5,810 nucleotides of DNA, taken from IMG/VR virus record IMGVR_UViG_2671180846_000032, one strand, 5' to 3'. Shown here one piece after another: positions 1 to 5,810 of the stretch (positions are counted from its first letter, which is position 1; the number at the start of each line of letters is the position of its first letter). The notes under the pieces were generated by a model that saw nothing but the letters and a program-made list of their open reading frames with translations, made no database searches and had not been told where the DNA came from. Source of the DNA: a virus (lineage: Duplodnaviria; Heunggongvirae; Uroviricota; Caudoviricetes). Both the position numbers and the translations under genes were made by a program.

Positions 1-26
1 GTAACCGGCTCATTTAAACCGTCTGG
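1..26 (+). repeat. Left terminal inverted repeat (IRL) of the IS66-family element
   Basis: GTAACCGGCTCATTTAAACCGTCTGG aligns with the reverse complement of the right end, GTAAGCGACTCGTCAGAACCGTATTG (about 18 of 26 positions identical by hand alignment). The GTAA terminus is typical of the family. Confidence 0.6.
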
Positions 27-53
27 TCTGTTTCCTCCGGCTCTACAAAAATA

Positions 54-731
54 ATGTCCATCATTTTTAATGGACACTATCGTATGAAACACCGGACCTG
101 GATCACTGAAGCTTTACGTCTTCACTTTGAAGAACATTTACCCCGGGTTGTGGCCGGGCGTCGCCTGGGTGTACCAAAATCAACAGTTTGTAGTATGTTC
201 GTGCGCTTTCGGAGAGCTGGCCTTTCGTGGCCTTTGCCCGCAGGCATGTCGGAGCAGGAACTTGATGCCTGCCTTTACGGACAATTTTCCACGGTACCAG
301 TCGTACGTCCTGAAAGCACCGTTATATCCGAAGCCCCCGTGGTAAAAAAACGTCCCCGGCGGCCCAACTTCCCTTATGAGTTTAAAATCGCCTTAGTGGA
401 GCAGTCACTGCAGCCCGGAGCCTGTGTGGCGCAGATCGCCCGGGAAAACGGAATCAACGATAACCTGCTCTTCAACTGGCGCCATCAATACCGGAAAGGT
501 GGCCTGCTGCCTTCCGGAAAAAATATGCCGGCACTGCTTCCCGTGACGTTAACGCCGGAGCCGGATAATAAAATCCCGGCCCCCGCACAGGAACCAGAGC
601 AGATAAATACACCGTCCGACAGTCTGTGTTGTGAGCTGGTTCTGCCGGCCGGAACTCTCAGGCTTAAAGGTAAACTGACGCCGGCGTTATTACAGACACT
701 TATCCGCGAAATAAAAGGGAGCAGCCACTGA
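54..731 (+). CDS. tnpA: IS66-family accessory protein TnpA (orf1), here with an N-terminal extension; true start codon uncertain
   Basis: 225-aa ORF. The central part (PNFPYEFKIALVEQSLQPGACVAQIARENGINDNLLFNWRHQYRKG) is a helix-turn-helix segment of the kind found in IS66 orf1 proteins. The first ~64 aa (LPRVVAGRRLGVPKSTVCSMFVRFRRAG) look like a second HTH. Stop TGA 729..731 overlaps the tnpB ATG at 731 (TGATG). No convincing Shine-Dalgarno precedes ATG 54, 84 or 246, so the start could be any of these. Confidence 0.72.
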   Translation: MSIIFNGHYRMKHRTWITEALRLHFEEHLPRVVAGRRLGVPKSTVCSMFVRFRRAGLSWPLPAGMSEQELDACLYGQFSTVPVVRPESTVISEAPVVKKRPRRPNFPYEFKIALVEQSLQPGACVAQIARENGINDNLLFNWRHQYRKGGLLPSGKNMPALLPVTLTPEPDNKIPAPAQEPEQINTPSDSLCCELVLPAGTLRLKGKLTPALLQTLIREIKGSSH

Positions 732-1078
732 TGATATCTCTCCCTGCAGGTTCGCGTATCTGGCTGGTTGCAGGTATCACCGATATGCGAAATGGCTTTA
801 ACGGCCTGGCATCAAAAGTTCAGAACGTCCTGAAGGATGACCCGTTCTCCGGACACCTGTTCATCTTCCGCGGACGCCGGGGTGACCAGATAAAAGTGTT
901 GTGGGCTGACAGTGACGGACTGTGCCTCTTCACCAAACGCCTGGAGCGGGGCCGCTTCGTCTGGCCAGTCACCCGTGACGGCAAGGTGCACCTTACTCCG
1001 GCTCAGTTATCCATGCTTCTTGAAGGTATCAACTGGAAGCACCCGAAACGAACGGAACGCGCTGGAATCCGCATATAA
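731..1078 (+). CDS. tnpB: IS66-family TnpB (IS66 Orf2-like protein)
   Basis: 115-aa ORF MISLPAGSRIWLVAGITDMRNGFNGLASKVQ...FIFRGRRGDQIKVLWADSDGLCLFTKRLE, which I recognise as the conserved IS66 Orf2 family. Start is translationally coupled to tnpA; position between tnpA and tnpC is canonical. Confidence 0.9.
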   Translation: MISLPAGSRIWLVAGITDMRNGFNGLASKVQNVLKDDPFSGHLFIFRGRRGDQIKVLWADSDGLCLFTKRLERGRFVWPVTRDGKVHLTPAQLSMLLEGINWKHPKRTERAGIRI

Positions 1079-1097
1079 CCCGTTGTAAAGTGAGGAT

Positions 1098-2669
1098 ATG
1101 GACACCTCACTTGCTCATGAGAACGCCCGCCTGCGGGCACTGTTGCAGACGCAACAGGACACCATCCGCCAGATGGCTGAATACAACCGCCTGCTCTCAC
1201 AGCGGGTGGCGGCTTATGCTTCCGAAATCAACCGGCTGAAGGCGCTGGTTGCGAAACTGCAACGTATGCAGTTCGGTAAAAGCTCAGAAAAACTTCGTGC
1301 AAAAACCGAACGGCAGATACAGGAAGCACAGGAGCGAATCAGCGCACTTCAGGAAGAAATGGCGGAAACGCTGGGTGAGCAATATGACCCGGTACTGCCA
1401 TCCGCCCTGCGCCAGTCTTCAGCCCGTAAACCGTTACCGGCCTCACTTCCCCGTGAAACCCGGGTTATCCGGCCGGAAGAGGAATGCTGTCCTGCCTGTG
1501 GTGGTGAACTCAGTTCTCTGGGATGTGATGTGTCAGAGCAACTGGAGCTTATCAGCAGCGCCTTTAAGGTTATCGAAACACAACGTCCGAAACAGGCCTG
1601 TTGCCGGTGCGACCATATCGTGCAGGCACCAGTACCTTCAAAACCCATTGCACGCAGTTATGCCGGAGCGGGGCTTCTGGCCCATGTTGTCACCGGGAAA
1701 TATGCAGACCATCTGCCGTTATACCGCCAGTCAGAAATATACCGTCGTCAGGGAGTGGAGCTGAGCCGTGCCACACTGGGGCGCTGGACAGGTGCTGTTG
1801 CTGAACTGCTGGAGCCGCTGTATGACGTCCTGCGCCAGTATGTGCTGATGCCCGGTAAAGTCCATGCTGATGATATCCCCGTCCCGGTCCAGGAGCCGGG
1901 CAGCGGTAAAACCCGGACAGCCCGGCTGTGGGTCTACGTCCGTGATGACCGTAACGCCGGTTCACAGATGCCCCCGGCGGTCTGGTTCGCGTACAGTCCG
2001 GACCGGAAAGGTATCCATCCACAAAATCACCTGGCCGGTTACAGCGGTGTGCTTCAGGCCGATGCTTACGGTGGTTACCGGGCGTTATACGAATCCGGCA
2101 GAATAACGGAAGCCGCGTGTATGGCTCATGCCCGGAGAAAAATCCACGATGTGCATGCAAGAGCGCCCACCTACATCACCACGGAAGCCCTGCAGCGTAT
2201 CGGTGAACTGTATGCCATCGAGGCAGAGGTCCGGGGCTGTTCAGCAGAACAGCGTCTGGCGGCAAGAAAAGCCAGAGCCGCGCCACTGATGCAGTCACTG
2301 TATGACTGGATACAGCAACAGATGAAAACACTGTCGCGTCACTCAGATACGGCAAAAGCGTTCGCATACCTGCTGAAACAGTGGGATGCACTGAACGTGT
2401 ACTGCAGTAATGGCTGGGTGGAAATCGACAACAACATCGCAGAGAACGCCTTACGGGGAGTGGCCGTAGGCCGGAAAAACTGGATGTTCGCGGGTTCCGA
2501 CAGCGGTGGTGAACATGCGGCGGTGTTGTACTCGCTGATCGGCACATGCCGTCTGAACAATGTGGAGCCAGAAAAGTGGCTGCGTTACGTCATTGAACAT
2601 ATCCAGGACTGGCCGGCAAACCGGGTACGCGATCTGTTGCCCTGGAAAGTTGATCTGAGCTCTCAGTAA
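1098..2669 (+). CDS. tnpC: IS66-family DDE transposase TnpC
   Basis: 523-aa ORF. N-terminal heptad-like coiled-coil region ([29 protein letters not shown]...). Cys-rich zinc-finger-like block CPACGGEL...(x27)...CCRCDH. Conserved catalytic-region motifs [18 protein letters not shown] and [13 protein letters not shown] that match the IS66 DDE signature. GAGGA Shine-Dalgarno just upstream of the ATG at 1098. Confidence 0.93.
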   Translation: MDTSLAHENARLRALLQTQQDTIRQMAEYNRLLSQRVAAYASEINRLKALVAKLQRMQFGKSSEKLRAKTERQIQEAQERISALQEEMAETLGEQYDPVLPSALRQSSARKPLPASLPRETRVIRPEEECCPACGGELSSLGCDVSEQLELISSAFKVIETQRPKQACCRCDHIVQAPVPSKPIARSYAGAGLLAHVVTGKYADHLPLYRQSEIYRRQGVELSRATLGRWTGAVAELLEPLYDVLRQYVLMPGKVHADDIPVPVQEPGSGKTRTARLWVYVRDDRNAGSQMPPAVWFAYSPDRKGIHPQNHLAGYSGVLQADAYGGYRALYESGRITEAACMAHARRKIHDVHARAPTYITTEALQRIGELYAIEAEVRGCSAEQRLAARKARAAPLMQSLYDWIQQQMKTLSRHSDTAKAFAYLLKQWDALNVYCSNGWVEIDNNIAENALRGVAVGRKNWMFAGSDSGGEHAAVLYSLIGTCRLNNVEPEKWLRYVIEHIQDWPANRVRDLLPWKVDLSSQ

Positions 2670-2672
2670 ATA

Positions 2673-2777
2673 TCAATACGGTTCTGACGAGTCGCTTACT
2701 TTTAACGTACCTTTTTTTATTCCTTTCAGCGCAATTAACTGCTCTTCGGATACCCATTTGCCGGGAGAGACAATCAT
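2673..2777 (-). CDS. Short ORF (34 codons) that starts in the flank and reads across the IS right end; possibly the 5' remnant of a gene disrupted by the IS insertion (speculative)
   Basis: Minus-strand ATG at 2777..2775 gives MIVSPGKWVSEEQLIALKGIKKGTLK from flanking DNA (26 codons), then VSDSSEPY and stop from inside the IRR. Weak ribosome-binding site. No homology recognised. Confidence 0.15.
   Translation of the reverse strand: MIVSPGKWVSEEQLIALKGIKKGTLKVSDSSEPY
2674..2699 (-). repeat. Right terminal inverted repeat (IRR) of the IS66-family element
   Basis: Reverse complement of 2674..2699 is GTAAGCGACTCGTCAGAACCGTATTG, matching the left end. It lies 5 to 30 nt past the tnpC stop codon. 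Confidence 0.6.
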
Positions 2778-2868
2778 GATTACTTCGCTCATCGATTTCT
2801 TTATCTCTTACATCAGACGAGCGCCGGTTGCAGAATACCAGTCACAACCGGCGACAGTTGAACATTAA
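2776..2868 (+). CDS. Hypothetical 30-aa small ORF, antisense to the exonuclease 3' end (speculative)
   Basis: ATG 2776 is preceded by GGGAGAGA with about 6-nt spacing (good Shine-Dalgarno). Encodes MITSLIDFFISYIRRAPVAEYQSQPATVEH and ends TAA 2866..2868. Not in the supplied ORF track, presumably because of length. Confidence 0.15.
   Translation: MITSLIDFFISYIRRAPVAEYQSQPATVEH
2822..2853. other. Perfect 9-bp inverted repeat (CGCCGGTTG / CAACCGGCG) with a 14-nt loop, 11 nt downstream of the exonuclease stop
   Basis: 2822..2830 cgccggttg is the exact reverse complement of 2845..2853 caaccggcg. No U/T tract follows on either strand, so it is not a canonical intrinsic terminator. Confidence 0.4.
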
Positions 2869-3407
2869 GAATCAGCCTGACTCGGGATCAGTTTTTGCCA
2901 GATAACTGAAACGTATTTTGCCTGGTAACGGGCGTCATCAAGTGCATTATGGCGCTCACCTTCGAATGGAATAGCCGTTCTGGCATCGAAGTCTATGGCT
3001 TTCCCCAGCTCAACGATTGTGCGTACATCGCGATCGTTGTAGTAACGCCACGGGCAGGGGATCCCCTGCCGTTCGTATGAACGGCGCAAAATCGTGTTGT
3101 CGAAGTTGGCTCCATTTCCCCAGACCTGAACAAAAAATTCACCGGAGTTTTCGTCGATAAATTCCCGCAATTGTAACAGTGCATCATCTAACGGGATTTC
3201 ATCGGTCATAATGGCAGATTGCGCTTCGCGTGATTGCTTAAGCCACCATTTAATGGTGTCCCGATCAATGACTCCGCCAGCAGTTTCCAGATCGATAGTC
3301 TTACTAAATTCCGGTCCCATATCTCCGGTTTGCGGATCGAAAAATATTGCACCTATTGAGATGATCGGGGCATCAGGATTTTTTCCCATGGTTTCAAGGT
3401 CGATCAT
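2865..3407 (-). CDS. DEDDh-type (DnaQ-like) 3'-5' exonuclease, small stand-alone phage/accessory type; possibly Rv2179c-like 3'-5' exoribonuclease family (family not verified)
   Basis: 180-aa ORF with the three exonuclease motifs in order: Exo I MIDLETMG (D-x-E), Exo II VWGNGANFDNTIL, Exo III HNALDDARYQ (H-x4-D). Stop TAA at 2865..2867. The reading frame stays open upstream of ATG 3407 all the way to the N-run, so the true start could lie inside the gap. ATG 3407 is preferred because homologous exonucleases start a few residues before the D-x-E motif. Confidence 0.8.
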   Translation of the reverse strand: MIDLETMGKNPDAPIISIGAIFFDPQTGDMGPEFSKTIDLETAGGVIDRDTIKWWLKQSREAQSAIMTDEIPLDDALLQLREFIDENSGEFFVQVWGNGANFDNTILRRSYERQGIPCPWRYYNDRDVRTIVELGKAIDFDARTAIPFEGERHNALDDARYQAKYVSVIWQKLIPSQADS

Positions 3408-3443
3408 TAGATGGTCACACGTCCTGCTGGTGGATGTGATTTC

Positions 3444-3493
3444 NNNNNNNNNNNNNNNNNNNNNNNNNNNNNNNNNNNNNNNNNNNNNNNNNN
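3444..3493. other. Run of 50 N (assembly gap or masked sequence)
   Basis: Exactly 50 consecutive n characters. Sequence on the two sides belongs to unrelated genes (prohead protease C on the right, unrelated ORF tail and exonuclease on the left). Confidence 0.99.
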
Positions 3494-3844
3494 TCCACCA
3501 TCGGATCGCTGGCAGCCTGTTGCAGACGGGCGATAATGCCGTTGTAACCGGTCATCCCCGAGTACGGCTGCAGCGCCCGCGTCCGGCTGACCAGCGTGCC
3601 GGACACCGGCAGCACGGCGATGCCGTTCATGACCTGATAACTGCGGGCCTGTCGTGGTCCGTCATCATCACCGGATAATGCCAGCGTCGCGAGTGCCTCC
3701 TGGGCAGTCAGGCTGTCGCCGGACACCGCATCCGTCAGGCGGCTGATCCCAAGCTGGCCTGCAAGCGCACAAAAGAAAACCCGCGCATAGGCGGGTTCAA
3801 GCATCAGCGGCTCATTAAAAGCCATGCTGGCAATATGCGGGAGA

Positions 3845-3864
<20 letters not shown>
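3494..3864 (-). CDS. C: Lambda-like prohead protease/scaffold protein C, N-terminal 123 codons only (cut by N-run)
   Basis: Translation from GTG at 3864..3862 gives VTAELRNLPHIASMAFNEPLMLEPAYARVFFCALAGQLGIS...IARLQQAASDPMV, which I recognise as the N-terminus of phage lambda gpC. Strong Shine-Dalgarno (GAGGAGGAG) lies 6 nt upstream of the GTG. The start overlaps the end of B by 20 nt, as in lambda. The ORF-track entry 3415..3999 is an artefact of an upstream in-frame ATG plus translation through the Ns. Confidence 0.85.

Positions 3865-5810
<1,946 letters not shown>

Larger units (their letters stand above)
1..2699 (+). mobile_element. IS66-family insertion sequence, three-ORF type (tnpA-tnpB-tnpC); length and layout resemble IS679/ISEc8-like elements
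   Basis: Three co-oriented ORFs in canonical IS66 order with a 1-nt stop/start overlap between the first two. Termini start with GTAA: window begins GTAACCGGCTC, and the reverse complement of 2674..2699 begins GTAAGCGACTC. Left boundary coincides with window start, so the element could extend a few bp further upstream. Confidence 0.88.

Noticed and set aside
1-53. Promoter for tnpA inside the left IS end
   Set aside because: Candidate hexamers (for example TACAAA) are weak and mis-spaced; I could not support a sigma-70 promoter call from sequence alone.
127-2560. Overlapping ORFs inside the IS66 genes (127..345 +, 1003..1200 -, 1249..1764 +, 1349..1648 -, 1601..1804 +, 1690..2160 -, 1864..2106 +, 2176..2547 -, 2339..2560 -)
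   Set aside because: Shadow ORFs within or antisense to tnpA, tnpB and tnpC. No independent start signals or recognisable domains.
2700-2725. T-run (7 T) just outside the IS right end as a possible intrinsic terminator for tnpC
   Set aside because: No convincing GC-rich stem immediately precedes the T-run. More likely a simple AT-rich insertion-site sequence (and an A-run in the minus-strand ORF).
2993-3187. 64-aa minus-strand ORF inside the exonuclease gene in another frame
   Set aside because: Off-frame overlap with a gene that has clear catalytic motifs; no independent support.
3211-3678. 155-aa plus-strand ORF running through the N-run
   Set aside because: Antisense to the exonuclease and to C, and translated through Ns. 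No motif or ribosome-binding site; a shadow ORF.

Overview
This window is a junction of two kinds of mobile DNA, with one less-expected gene between them. (1) 1..2699 is an IS66-family insertion sequence on the + strand, with the canonical three-gene layout (tnpA-like 54..731, tnpB 731..1078, DDE transposase tnpC 1098..2669) and imperfect terminal inverted repeats beginning GTAA. The window starts exactly at the left IS end, so the left flank and target-site duplication cannot be assessed. (2) 2700..3443 holds a short spacer and one minus-strand gene for a DEDDh (DnaQ-like) 3'-5' exonuclease (2865..3407). (3) 3444..3493 is a run of 50 N. (4) 3494..5810 is a lambda-like head/packaging block on the minus strand: terminase large subunit C-terminus (5646..5810, partial at window edge), head-tail joining protein W (5443..5649), portal protein B (3845..5446), and the first 123 codons of prohead protease C (3494..3864), cut off by the N-run. 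No tRNA, rRNA or CRISPR array is visible. I do not see a clearly novel multi-gene system. The points most worth follow-up are the exonuclease cassette between the IS and the phage head genes, the unknown content of the N-run, and the unusually long IS66 first ORF. Protein identifications rest on my recognition of the translated sequences and motifs; no database search was run.
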